NCBI GenBank assembly: GCA_963796275.1
Contig: CAWCKY010000002.1
Span: 256,001 to 320,000 of the forward strand
Source of the DNA: an uncultured Acidobacteriota bacterium
GTDB taxonomy: Bacteria; Acidobacteriota; Blastocatellia; RBC074
Direction: 5' to 3'
DNA: 64,000 bases
Every line of letters starts with the position of its first letter. Within the stretch, counting starts at the first letter, position 1. This document shows, in pieces, positions 51,998-63,134 of this stretch. A program made the translations under genes and the position numbers. The notes under the pieces are model-generated. The model did no database searches, was not told the DNA's origin, and saw only the letters and a list, made by a program, of their open reading frames with translations.

Positions 51998-53367
51998 GCC
52001 AGGTTCAGATCAAGAAATTCATTCCTGAATTTTCCTTGAGGGTCATATTGACGTAATAATTGCTGAAAATCCGCATACTTTTCATAACGGGATTTTAACT
52101 GTGCCGGGGGGATAGTAAACAATTTTCCCCAGTGAGGGCGCGCGCCAAACGGAGCCAATTGCTCTTCGACGAGGGGAATAAGCTTCATTACCGAATCGGT
52201 ATTCTGCTTCCAGGTAAAATGAATTGCGATGCTGGGCCGATTGTAACACGTGCTCATCCATAGATCATCGGCGGCAATGGTTCGTATCTCGGAAATAAAA
52301 AGGTCTTGTATCCATCTATCGCCCATTTTGTTAATGGCTTTGAGCGCCGCGTACGCATTGCTCGATGGCACGAAATACTCAGACTGCAGTTCTTTTCCGC
52401 TGCTCGGCGTGAAATCCATGCGAAAGTGCGGCAAACGTTCGTGCCAGGGACCGGGGACGCCCATCTGTTCCGTGCAATTTTCCGCCGCGAGCTCGACAAT
52501 CGGATGCAGGTTCTGCTTGGCCGGCGTTGCGCCATAAAAATCGGGCTTTATGACGAGCGGTTTCCCGTCGATGATTCGGCTCTTCACCCAGACTTCGCTG
52601 ATGTTATTTTTCTGCCAATCCGTGAACAGGCTGACGCTGTAACCGCTCGACATAATGGCATCGAAATTCTTCTCCAGTTCGGGAAAAGGCAGGTTCTCAT
52701 AAACATTTTGCCGGATTTGATAGCTCGGCTGGATGTCGAGCGTCACCTTCGTTACGACGCCAAGCCCGCCGAGGCCAACTACCGCGCCGAGGAATTGATC
52801 GCCATCCTTATCTTTCGATAAAGTAACGACCTCGCCCTCTGCCGTGACAAACTCTATGCCGGAAACGGCGGTCGCTAAATTCCCATTATTCACGCCTGAC
52901 CCATGCGTCGCCGTAGCAATCGACCCTGCTACGGAGATATGCGGCAGGGATGCAAGATTGTGCAGAGCGTAGCCCGTGTCTTGCAAAAATTTGCCCAATG
53001 TCCCATAGCGAATGCCCGCCTCGACGGTAACCGTCTTTTTGGCAAAGTCCAGTGCGATCACTCTGTTCAGGTTCTTCGTCGAAAGCAACTGATGGGTGGA
53101 GTCCGCAATTTTGTTGAAACAGTGCTGCGAGCCGAGCACACGTAATTTGTCCGCCTTCTTCACGATGGCCTGCACTTGCTCGACCGATTCGGGATAGACG
53201 ACGTTCTCGGTGCTGTATTCCAGATTCCCCGACCAATTATTGAGGCGCGCAGTTGCCGGGCTGGCCGGTGTAGCGGCCGAATCATCTTGCTTGCAGGCGC
53301 TTATCGGCACGAGTGTTGCTCCCGTGAGCGCGGCGGAAGACAGCTTCAGAAACGTTCTTTTTTTCAT
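51994..53367 (-). CDS. FAD-linked alditol/xylitol oxidase (ALO family), probable exported lipoprotein
   Basis: NWSG, LGSQHCFN, NLASLPHISVAG, RLPHF, ELQSEY, RPHWGK; N-terminus KKRTFLK...ISAC. Confidence 0.85.
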   Translation of the reverse strand: MKKRTFLKLSSAALTGATLVPISACKQDDSAATPASPATARLNNWSGNLEYSTENVVYPESVEQVQAIVKKADKLRVLGSQHCFNKIADSTHQLLSTKNLNRVIALDFAKKTVTVEAGIRYGTLGKFLQDTGYALHNLASLPHISVAGSIATATHGSGVNNGNLATAVSGIEFVTAEGEVVTLSKDKDGDQFLGAVVGLGGLGVVTKVTLDIQPSYQIRQNVYENLPFPELEKNFDAIMSSGYSVSLFTDWQKNNISEVWVKSRIIDGKPLVIKPDFYGATPAKQNLHPIVELAAENCTEQMGVPGPWHERLPHFRMDFTPSSGKELQSEYFVPSSNAYAALKAINKMGDRWIQDLFISEIRTIAADDLWMSTCYNRPSIAIHFTWKQNTDSVMKLIPLVEEQLAPFGARPHWGKLFTIPPAQLKSRYEKYADFQQLLRQYDPQGKFRNEFLDLNLA

Positions 53368-53557
53368 ATGTTTTATCTCATTATTTCAACTCCATTGCAG
53401 AGGCGCGATTCTATCAAAACCGCTGCCGGAGCTGTAATGGTGAACCGCGGCACCCAAGAATAACTCGCGGGTAATCAATCTCGTTCTTGATCACCGATTC
53501 GCTCTTACGACACGCCCCCATACTTCCCCGTTCATCCCGATCGCCACCTTGACGCGG

Positions 53558-54682
53558 TCACTGATAAACCGCGTTTCTCAATTCGGTCGGGAAACGGCCG
53601 GCCATCCCTTCTATCGCCGTATTGGTCAGTGCTACCACCGTCAGGTTTTGCGCCGAGTCGATGAACCATGAGTGGCCGTAGACTCCGCCCCATCCCCAAG
53701 TGCCGGTCGAGTGCGGCGATCCCGCTTTGCCCGGATCCATCAGTACGGCGGCACCGAAGCCGAAGCCCCAGCCCGGTCCGCGCAAGTTGACTGGCAAGTC
53801 GCCCACTTGGTTGCTCATCATTGCAGATGCTGTTTCTGACTTCATCATTGAACCCCCGTCGCCGCGCACGGTCTCCAGAAATCTAAGGAAGTCGGGCGCC
53901 GTCCCCACCATGCCCGTGCCACCGGATGGGTAGGAACTTGAGTCGAACACGCGTGATGGCGCAAAGGCGATCCCCGCACCGTCAGCGAATGGCACGATAT
54001 GCGATTCGCTCATACGTACGGGTCTGTCCGCGCCATCGGCATACGCGGCAGCCATGCGATCGGCGTCGAGCAGTGCGAAGTCGGTATCCTTCATTCCGAG
54101 CGGCCCTGTCACCAATTGCCTCACGGCTTCCGGGAACGTATGTCCGCAGACCCGTTCGATCACCGCTCCCAAAACATCCAGTGATAGCGAATATTGCCAT
54201 CCCTCGCCCGGACGGAACATCAAGGGAACCGATGACAGACGTGCCAGGTTGTCTTCCATCGAACGCCCCGGTTCATCCAATCCGTCGGAAATCCCCGCTC
54301 GATGGTATTCGCTTCCCGGGGTCTGCAAAAAGCCGTAGCTCAGTCCCGAGGTATGTGTAAGTAATTGGCCCACCGTGATCGGAGGACGCTCACCGCTCGT
54401 CAGGGCGGGGCGGAAGCCTGGCAGCCATCTGGTTACAGGATCGTCAAGCGAGAGTCGACCGCGTTCCACCAGTACCATCGTTGCGGCTGAGACGATGGGC
54501 TTGGTAAGCGAGGCGAGCCGGAACAGCGTATCTATCCGCATCGGTCTGCCGGCCTCTCTGTCTGCCAGTCCTGCCGCGCGCCGATAAACGAGATTACCGT
54601 CACGCGCGATGAGCACCACTGTGCCAACGATGCGATCGGATGATAACGCCTGATCTATCACACGATCGATTTCCACTGACAT
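53558..54682 (-). CDS. Serine hydrolase (class C beta-lactamase-like esterase)
   Basis: SLTK (SxxK), LLTHTSG, WQYS, WGGVYG. Start uncertain (54682 or further upstream). Confidence 0.88.
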   Translation of the reverse strand: MSVEIDRVIDQALSSDRIVGTVVLIARDGNLVYRRAAGLADREAGRPMRIDTLFRLASLTKPIVSAATMVLVERGRLSLDDPVTRWLPGFRPALTSGERPPITVGQLLTHTSGLSYGFLQTPGSEYHRAGISDGLDEPGRSMEDNLARLSSVPLMFRPGEGWQYSLSLDVLGAVIERVCGHTFPEAVRQLVTGPLGMKDTDFALLDADRMAAAYADGADRPVRMSESHIVPFADGAGIAFAPSRVFDSSSYPSGGTGMVGTAPDFLRFLETVRGDGGSMMKSETASAMMSNQVGDLPVNLRGPGWGFGFGAAVLMDPGKAGSPHSTGTWGWGGVYGHSWFIDSAQNLTVVALTNTAIEGMAGRFPTELRNAVYQ

Positions 54683-54910
54683 CGCTGACGTATTTGTATC
54701 TACCTCAAATTCATAGAACTCTTTCATCATCGAGCTCCTCAAAGTAATGAAATAAATTTGCCCAATACACAAGCTATCTGTGCGCAAACTCGGGCCTCAA
54801 ATGTTCAAAAATATAAATATATTCAGAATTCTGAAATTACAAAGTAATCCAATACTCTGAACAGCTTCCTAACTCAAGCCAAATAAATGTATGAGCGTAT
54901 CAATTTAAAT

Positions 54911-54926
54911 TGGCATATATCTTGCG
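54911..54926 (+). promoter_or_regulatory. Putative sigma54 promoter
   Basis: TGGCAT-ATATC-TTGCG in an AT-rich intergenic region about 160 nt upstream of the TonB receptor. Confidence 0.6.
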
Positions 54927-55087
54927 GATAAAAATTCGACCGATTTTTCGATTGGCTAGACGCAAACAAACCTGAAAAAAAGTTGTGAATTTCTATATTC
55001 GTCCGACGATCAGCCGTACTCGGCAAGTACCATTAGTCGGTCGGGCGATATAACCACCAGAAATCTTACAGAAGGACAGGACCTACC

Positions 55088-58000
55088 ATGAAATTTGCAA
55101 AGTACTGTTTATTCATCGCCTGCATGTCTTGGCTTCGGTAGTTGTTCACGGGCAAGCTGTCTCCGTTGGTGACATCGAGGGCACGGTGACGGACCCTACG
55201 GGAGCAGTTCTCCCAAGCGCCTTCGTGACCACAACCAATAAAGGCACCGGGGCCACACGCACCGTCACATCCGACAACAATGGATACTATCGGATCGCGG
55301 GTCTAGCGCCCGGCATCTATACGGTCAAGATCGAGAGCAAGGGCTTCACCGCCCAAGTTACGGAGGGCGTGACGCTTAACGTCGGCACGACGATAACGCT
55401 CAACGCCTCGCTCAAGCCGGCGGGGACGACCGAGACAGTGGTGATCAATGCCGGAGATGCTGCGCTGATTGAGACGACACGGACCGAGCTGGGCGGAGTA
55501 GTCAACAACCGCGAGATAGAGAATCTGCCGCTAAACGGACGCAGCCTCGCCGGTCTGGCGATACTCATCCCTGGTGCGCGTCCGACGCAATCGTTCGACC
55601 CCACGAAGAATCGGAGCTCCTCTTTCTCGATCAACGGCGGCGGCGGTCGCAACATAAACACCACCGTGGACGGCGGTGACAACAAGGACAACACGGTGGG
55701 CGGCATCGTCATGAACTTTTCACTCGAGGGCGTCCAGGAATACAAGCTCGAAACGCAGCGGTTCTCGGCGGCCTCGGGGCGTAGTGAGGGATCATCGCTC
55801 AACGTCATCACCAAGAGCGGCACCAATGAGTATCACGGGTCGGGGTTCCTCTTCGCGCGTGATAAGAAATTCAACGCCAACGACCATATTTCGAAGGTCA
55901 CCGATCTGCCGAAAGCCGAGTACAGCCGTCAGCAATTCGGCGGGAGTTTCGGCGGACCGATCAAGAAGGATCGCTTCTTCTTCTTCGGCGTCTATGAAAG
56001 GACGCGCGAAGAATCGGGTTTCAACGTGAGCGCGGATGTTGTGAACGAGTTGCAATTTGCCCGTTCCATTGGGGCGAGGCCGATCGAGTTCGTGCCCACC
56101 CCATTTCGCGACAATCTGTGGCAGGTGCGGTTAGACGGCAACCTCAACGACCGGAACACGGTCTTCGTGAAGTGGGCGGAGCAGACCAACAATGCACTCA
56201 ACGACCAATCGAACATCAATGATGAGTTGAGCGGCAATTTCACCAGGAACACGCTCTATCAAGGCACATTGGGACTCAATTCGACCATCTCTCCTAAGCT
56301 CGTCAATCAATTTACCTTCGCTTATCAATACTGGAACAACCTGATAGATTCCGAGACCTTCGTGCCATTTCTCATTTTTCCCACCACCGGCTTCGGAACC
56401 AATCCCAACATTCCGCAGCAGTCGATTCAAAAAAAGTTTCAGATGAGGAATGATATGTTCCTATCGGCCGGCAACCACGGATTGAAGTACGGTGGCGATT
56501 TCGTGGTGATACCGAAGCTCGGCGGTTTCTTCCGCACTCCGCCCACGCCGAACGTGACATTTACTGACGATCCTTCTGAAATCACCACTAACACGGCTGA
56601 TTACCCGCAGGGCTTCGCCACTCCCGGCGCGGTGCAGACATTGGCGGCGACCTCGGGTGACCCGTCTTTTGATTATCACGACACTTCGATGCTCGGCCTC
56701 TATTTTCAGGACGATTGGAAGGTCAGTCGGCGCCTAACCCTCAACCTGGGAGTGCGCTACGATCTGGATATCAATTTCCTGCCGCCGCTGCCGGAAAATC
56801 GGACATATCTGATCCTGAAGCAAATAAATCATCCCGTGGCAAGCAAGCTTCTCGGTAACGACACGAACAACTTCTCACCGCGCTTTGGCTTCGCCTGGGA
56901 CATCAATGGCGATGCCAAAAACGTCATCCGAGGTGGATATGGCATCTATTATGGTCAGGTATTCCAGAACATCCCGCTCTTCGCACAGCAGCAGACGAAT
57001 GACACCGTCTTTACCACGTTCAGTTTGACGAACGCCGAGCTGGCAACTTTCCGCTACGGAATCGACCCGATCAACATCCCGCCGACGTCTACCGTGCTGG
57101 CTACCGGCTCCACCGGCCGGATCATGCATCCCGACAGCGAAATTCCTTACACGCAGCAGTGGAACATCGGGTACAGCCGTCAGTACGGGAGAGACTTTGC
57201 CGTGGAGGTGGACTACATTCATATCCTGGGCCTCCACGAGTTCGTTCGGCACCGGTTGAACCCCCAGGTTCCCGGCAATTCCGTCACCAATATTGACGGT
57301 ACGACGATCACTAATGCACGGTTGCTGGCGACCGATTTCCTCCGCGCGGGATTGCCGGCCAATCGTCTGGGCGATGTGGTCTCCGAAGAATCGATTGGGC
57401 GCTCGCGGTACGACGGGCTCAACATTCAATTGAGGAAACGGTTCTCCAACCGTTTCACCTTTCAGAGCTCTTACGTGCTCTCGCGTTCGCTGGCCTATAC
57501 CGGCGCACTCAACATCAGTGCGGCAGCGGGCTTCGCCGGTCAGGCTCAGGATCAGAACAGAATATTGGATCCGAGCGAACTGGGTCCAACCTCGAATGAC
57601 GAACGTCATCGTTTTGTCTTCTCGGGAATCTTCGACTTGCCGTTGGGGTTGCAGATCTCACCGATCGTCCAGTTGGCTTCGGCTCGTCCCTACACGCTCC
57701 TTGATGGTACGGATCGGAACGGGGACGGAATCAATAACGATCGCTATCTCGATCCTGCGACTGGACAGATTGTGCCGCGAGGTTCGGCGCGCGGAGGCTT
57801 CGACATCGTAAATGCGGGCATCGATCCGGAGACGGGCCGCCCGATCTTGGTTCGTGGCGATCGGGTCTCAGGACGCACCTTCACCACAGATCTGCGCATC
57901 TCGAAGTACATCAAGCTCGGCGAGCGCACCAAACTGGGATTGTTCTTCGAAACTTTCAATATGACCAACCATGTGAATTTCGGGGACGGCTTCCAGGCCA

Positions 58001-58137
58001 ACCAGCAGACCGGGGCAACCAATGAATTCCAGAGGGTGACCGGTTACCTGGGCAATCGAACGGCTAGCATCCCGCCGGCTCAGGGTGGCGCGGGCAGCCC
58101 GTTCCAGGCGCAGTTCGGCGCTCGCTTCTCTTTCTGA
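55088..58137 (+). CDS. Oar-like TonB-dependent receptor with an apparent 1-nt frameshift in the signal peptide
   Basis: Carboxypeptidase-regulatory N-domain, LPLNGR, TKSGTN, QDDWK..LNLGVRYD, C-terminal QFGARFSF. ATG 55088 (MKFAKYCLFIAC) is out of frame with the ORF starting at 55129. Confidence 0.85.
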
Positions 58138-58202
58138 GGCGCTCGAACAAATTAATAAAATCAATAAATCCGAAACGTCATCAATAACGATTCGGATAAT
58201 GG

Positions 58203-58248
58203 AAGGCCGTTGATGATTTCGGAATTGTCAGCGGCCTTTAAATTTTTT
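58203..58248. terminator. Probable intrinsic terminator between convergent genes
   Basis: aaggccgttga...tcagcggcctt stem followed by taaattttt. Confidence 0.55.
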
Positions 58249-58321
58249 AGACTGATAGTAATTCATCTGACCACTCTTGGTGGCCAAATCCACCGGGTAC
58301 CGAAACCTGACGATATGCGCT

Positions 58322-61003
58322 TCACTCCTGTCTCAAAATCGTCATCGGATCAATTTTCGTCGCACGCCGTGCAGGCAGATAACCGGCCAGCACTGCGACG
58401 GCGAGCATCAGCGATACGGCCAGCGCTATCGTCAACGGATCATTGGCGCTGAGGCCGAACAGGAACCCCTTAATCAACCGGATCGCTGCCAGAGCTACTG
58501 GTAACCCAATTGCGATACCGATCGCCACCAGGAACAGCGTCTCACGCAAGACCAGCCACCGGACGTTACGCGCATGCGCGCCCAGCGCCATGCGGATGCC
58601 AATCTCGTGCGTGCGGCGCACCACGGCGTTTGCCATCACGCCATAAAGTCCCAGCGCGGCCAGCAGCAGCGCGATGACGCCGAAGAAGCTGGAGAGCAGC
58701 GCAATCAGCCGCTCCCGGCTGATTGACTCGTCGATATGGTCGGCGAAAGTTTTGATGTCGAAGACCGGCAGGTTCGGATCCAGGCTGTGAACTACATTAC
58801 GAATGGCCGCCACAAGAGCGCTGGCGTCGCCCGTCGCGCGCACGCACAATCTCTGCCTTCCAAGAAAGCGCTCGCTTTCGACATAGTAGACCGTGCGTGA
58901 CATTGTTTCCCTGAGGCTTGCCAGCATGGCGTTTCCGACCACGCCGACGATCTCCAGGTTTTTAATCGGTCCCATCGAAAATCGCTTACCCAGCGGGTTT
59001 TCATCACCGAAGAAGTAGCGCGCAAAACTGTCATTGACGATGACGGCTCTGTTGTAAGCTCCGATCGAGTTCTGCGCCTCGAAATAATCTAATCCCGAAT
59101 CCTGCGCGTTGAAATCGCGCCCCCTCAGCAATGATATTCCAAATGTGGCGAAGTATTGTGATGTAATTGGGTGGAATCGCGTGGTTTGCCTTTCGTTCGG
59201 TGGAATCTGAGAGCCGGGGACTTCGATCTCCGCCTCTCCTCCGAATCCTCTAATCGGCAGTGGACCATAGGCGGCTGATTTTATGCCCGGCAGCGCCCTC
59301 ACACGATCGATCAATTGGGCATAGAAATTCCGCTGCTGATCACGGGTGTAACCGCTGCCCTCGGGCCAGGTCTCCATTGTTATGATCTGATCGGTCGTGT
59401 AACCGAGATCGACCGCTTTCAGATTTCGCAAGCTGCGCGCGAACAACGTCCCGCTGACCAGCAACACCAACGACATTCCGACTTGAAGCACAACCAGCAG
59501 CCGGCGCATTTCCCATCTGCGTCTACGCCCTGCCACGCCGGCGGCCTCAATTTTGAGCGCCGGAATCAGGTCTAAGCGCGTCGCCTGCAAAGCGGGCACC
59601 AGGCTGAATAGAAGCCCCGTCAATACCGAGATGCCGAGCGTAAAGACCAGCATCCGCCAATCAGGTTTGATATCGAGCGTCGCGTCCTGCGGCAGGAATC
59701 CTAGCAGCGCCTGCGTCCCCCAGCGGGCAAACACTAACCCCAGCGCGCCGCCCAGGGCGGAGAGCAACAATCCTTCGGTCAACAATTGGCGTACGAGCCT
59801 GAAGCGTCCCGCGCCAACGGCAAGACGCACTGCGATCTCACGCCTCCTCGTCAGCGCGCGCGCGAGCAGCAGGTTGGCGATGTTGAGACAGACGATGAAC
59901 AACACCACGCCTACCATACACATCAGCAAGATGAGCGGCTGTGAAAATCGGCTTCGAAGATTTGTGGTGGGGACGCCTGTTCTGGCCGAGTGGAGCTGAA
60001 TGCGCGGCGCGAAAATTCGTTCGGTTGGCGAATTGCCGGCTGAAGTCCGGAGATTGTTTTGCCGGATAATGTTTTGATAGAGGGAGTCCGTCGCGGCCTG
60101 AGCCTGCGCAATGCCGATTCCGGGTTTCAGACGCGCCATTACCGGCGCGGCCTGGACATGGTCCAACATCTCGCGCTTCATCATCATCGGAATGCGCAGA
60201 TCGGGCGCGACGCCGATCTCCACGTCATTAAATCCCTGGGCGACGACCCCGATTATGGTGAATAGATAATTGTTGACGCGTATCTTCCTGCCGACGATTT
60301 GAGGGTCGGCGCCAAATCGCCGGCGCCAATAGTTGTAGCTGATGACCGTCACGAAATGCTCGCCCGGCAGTTGGTCATCGGCATCGCTAAAAACGCGGCC
60401 AAGATGCGCTCCCACGCCCAACACCTTAAAGAAATTACCTGAGACCAACTCTGCGATCACGCGCTCCGCCTGATTGCCGTCACTCACAGTCAACGCTGTC
60501 GAGTGAAAGCTGAACATCCCGGCAAAGGACGAAATCTTCTCGTTCAACTCCGGGAAGACCGGATCGGGGTAAGCGAAAGAAAGGCCATCCACAAAAACTA
60601 ATTGCTCAGGTTGCCCGACCGGCAGCGGCTTCAATAGCAGCGCGTCGAGCAGACTGAAGATCGCTGTGTTCGCGCCAATGCCCAGCGCCAATGAGAGCGC
60701 GGCCACGGCGGTGAAGCCTTTGCTCTTAAGCAACATACGCACGCCAAAACTCAAGTCTTGAAAGAGCGTTTCGATAAATCTGATTCCACGCATATCGCGA
60801 TGAGCCTCCTGCAACAAAATGACGTTTCCGAACTGGCGGCGCGCAGCCCGAGCCGCCTCAATCTCGCTCATTCCCCGGCCGACAAATCGCTCGGTGAGCA
60901 GGCGCAAGTGAACCTCGATCTCGTCGCCGAACTCTCGATCCGCTCTGCGGCCTCCGAACAATCCCCGAAGCCTGGCCGCCAGTTCACGCAAATAATGGAT
61001 CAT
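58322..61003 (-). CDS. ADOP-family (duplicated MacB/FtsX) ABC permease
   Basis: AARRQFGN, LALGIGANTAIFS, CLNIANLLLAR..EIAVRLAVGA, EIGIRMALGA, PARRATKIDP. Confidence 0.93.
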   Translation of the reverse strand: MIHYLRELAARLRGLFGGRRADREFGDEIEVHLRLLTERFVGRGMSEIEAARAARRQFGNVILLQEAHRDMRGIRFIETLFQDLSFGVRMLLKSKGFTAVAALSLALGIGANTAIFSLLDALLLKPLPVGQPEQLVFVDGLSFAYPDPVFPELNEKISSFAGMFSFHSTALTVSDGNQAERVIAELVSGNFFKVLGVGAHLGRVFSDADDQLPGEHFVTVISYNYWRRRFGADPQIVGRKIRVNNYLFTIIGVVAQGFNDVEIGVAPDLRIPMMMKREMLDHVQAAPVMARLKPGIGIAQAQAATDSLYQNIIRQNNLRTSAGNSPTERIFAPRIQLHSARTGVPTTNLRSRFSQPLILLMCMVGVVLFIVCLNIANLLLARALTRRREIAVRLAVGAGRFRLVRQLLTEGLLLSALGGALGLVFARWGTQALLGFLPQDATLDIKPDWRMLVFTLGISVLTGLLFSLVPALQATRLDLIPALKIEAAGVAGRRRRWEMRRLLVVLQVGMSLVLLVSGTLFARSLRNLKAVDLGYTTDQIITMETWPEGSGYTRDQQRNFYAQLIDRVRALPGIKSAAYGPLPIRGFGGEAEIEVPGSQIPPNERQTTRFHPITSQYFATFGISLLRGRDFNAQDSGLDYFEAQNSIGAYNRAVIVNDSFARYFFGDENPLGKRFSMGPIKNLEIVGVVGNAMLASLRETMSRTVYYVESERFLGRQRLCVRATGDASALVAAIRNVVHSLDPNLPVFDIKTFADHIDESISRERLIALLSSFFGVIALLLAALGLYGVMANAVVRRTHEIGIRMALGAHARNVRWLVLRETLFLVAIGIAIGLPVALAAIRLIKGFLFGLSANDPLTIALAVSLMLAVAVLAGYLPARRATKIDPMTILRQE

Positions 61004-61005
61004 CT

Positions 61006-61276
61006 CTATTCCTGGACCTCCAGCTTCAACAGTCGCCCGATCACCACCACGGCGATCCGTTCCCAATCCCCCATCTCACGTGCGCGCTGTTTTCGGCCGC
61101 TTTCGTGATCAAATAGTATTTATCCTTGTGCCTGTTGTGATTGTTTTCCGACGTCCTCCAGTCCGAAACGATCCATTCCCGCGCCGCAGGAGTGAGGCGT
61201 AAACCATTCCTTCATTCATCAGGTCGAGCGTCCCTTGGAGAACCTCCGCTTTCACTGCATTCTGTTCTTTGGGCAT
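61006..61276 (-). pseudogene. Degenerate PadR regulator
   Basis: MPKEQNAVKAEVLQGTLDLM, then broken pieces GMVYASLLR / WIVSDWRTSENN..KYYLIT / WERIA. Confidence 0.75.
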
Positions 61277-61657
61277 TACATATGAAGATAACCCTCTTCC
61301 ACTGGAATGTCCATAGGTAAGCGGTAAGGTGAGGCGAGTCTACGGGCATCTGCCAGAATCGAGTTATCAACTTTTTTATTACTTCATTACAGGCTGGAGG
61401 GGACGTCGAGCTTGGCGTTAGCTCACGTTTCATCAACAACGTTAGGTTTCGGAGAAGGGGTTCCAAAGTTGATCCGCCAAATAAGCCAGCGAGGTCATTA
61501 GCGGGCGCAATGTGGAGCATAGCTTGGTTGGGAAGGAGGTCTGGCGTCACGCACGGCCTTGCGCCTAAGCATTCTCTTCGCTATATGAAGCTGCGCGGCG
61601 ATACGGCATAATTGGTCCCCTGATCTGATCATTTTATGTTAAAGGAAGAGCAATTTA

Positions 61658-62857
61658 ATGCAGTCACCATTCACACACATTGAACAGGCTCCGCCCGATC
61701 CAATCATTGGATTGACCGAAGCCTTCAATCAGGATCCGAATCCGGCCAAAGTCAACCTCGGCGTCGGCGTATACCAGGACGCGTCGGGGAAGGTGCCGGT
61801 CCTCAAAGTCGTGCGCGAGGCCGAATCGCGCTGGTATCAGGAAGAGGCGACCAAAAGCTACTTGCCGATCGATGGCCTCCCCGCATACAACAAGGCGGTT
61901 CAAAAGCTGCTATTCGGCCTTGATTCCCAGCTCATCGCCGAGTCTCGCGCCGTCACCGTTCAGGGGCTGGGAGGAACCGGAAGTTTGAAGATCGGCGCCG
62001 ATTTCCTCAAACGCTTTCTGCCCGATTCCGAAGTCTGGATCAGCAATCCGAGCTGGGAAAATCACCAGATGCTCTTTGAATCGGCCGGTTTCCGAGTCAA
62101 TTCATATCCTTATTACGATGCCGAGACCCACGGACTCGATTTCAATGGGATGCTCGAAACCCTGAAGCGCTTGCCGGCGCGCAGCATAGTCGTGCTTCAC
62201 GCCTGCTGCCACAATCCGACCGGAGTCGATTTGAACGCGGAACAATGGTCTCTGGTGATCGACGTGGTGAGGCGGGCAGACATCGTGCCGTTCCTGGATT
62301 TCGCCTATCAGGGATTCGGCGAGAGCCTCGACGAGGATGCCTTTGCCATCCGCGCTTTCGCAGAGGCCGGCATTCCGTGTTTGATCTCCAGCTCTTTTTC
62401 CAAATCTTTCGCGCTCTATCGCGAACGCGCCGGCGCACTCACTATCACCACGACTGGCGCCGAGGAGTCGAAGCGTGTGCTCAGCCAGGTCAAACGCATC
62501 ATTCGCACCAATTATTCCAATCCATCGTCACACGGCGCGCAAATCGTCGCGATGACGCTGGCCGATGCCGAATTGCGCCAGGCTTGGGAGGCCGAATTGA
62601 CCGAGATGCGCCAGCGCATTTTTCAGATGCGGGGAAAGTTCGTCGCCAGGCTGATCGAGAATGGCATCGAACAGGATTTTAGCTTCATCAAGAATCAACG
62701 CGGGATGTTTTCTTATTCGGGCCTGACGTCTGAGCAAGTCAAATCTCTCCGCGAAAAATATAGCCTCTATATCGTCAGCACAGGACGCATCTGCCTGGCG
62801 GCGATAAATGATAAAAATATCGACTATATCTGCAATGCGATTGCGGATGTCCTGTGA
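61658..62857 (+). CDS. Aspartate/aromatic amino acid aminotransferase (AspC/TyrB)
   Basis: KVNLGVGVY, HACCHNPTG, DFAYQGF, SFSKSFALYRERAG. Confidence 0.93.
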   Translation: MQSPFTHIEQAPPDPIIGLTEAFNQDPNPAKVNLGVGVYQDASGKVPVLKVVREAESRWYQEEATKSYLPIDGLPAYNKAVQKLLFGLDSQLIAESRAVTVQGLGGTGSLKIGADFLKRFLPDSEVWISNPSWENHQMLFESAGFRVNSYPYYDAETHGLDFNGMLETLKRLPARSIVVLHACCHNPTGVDLNAEQWSLVIDVVRRADIVPFLDFAYQGFGESLDEDAFAIRAFAEAGIPCLISSSFSKSFALYRERAGALTITTTGAEESKRVLSQVKRIIRTNYSNPSSHGAQIVAMTLADAELRQAWEAELTEMRQRIFQMRGKFVARLIENGIEQDFSFIKNQRGMFSYSGLTSEQVKSLREKYSLYIVSTGRICLAAINDKNIDYICNAIADVL

Positions 62858-63134
62858 TTTAAAGGCATCACACAACCGGGGGTAAGGGCTACGCTTCACA
62901 GCCATTGGTGCTACGTACTGTGAATTTGAAATTCCCGGTGGCTGGAGATATATCCCTCTTCGTCGCGGAGCGACGGCGTGAATTTAGGCGTGCGTTATTA
63001 CGCCTTGTTATTACATAAACTTTTGGTTTTACGGTGGCGCAGCGGATTGTATCCGGTGGTGAAGCGTAGCTGAACCACGGCTAATATCCGCTGTCCTTAC
63101 CATCTTGCCAAATGGCACACCGGTGATATTCCGT

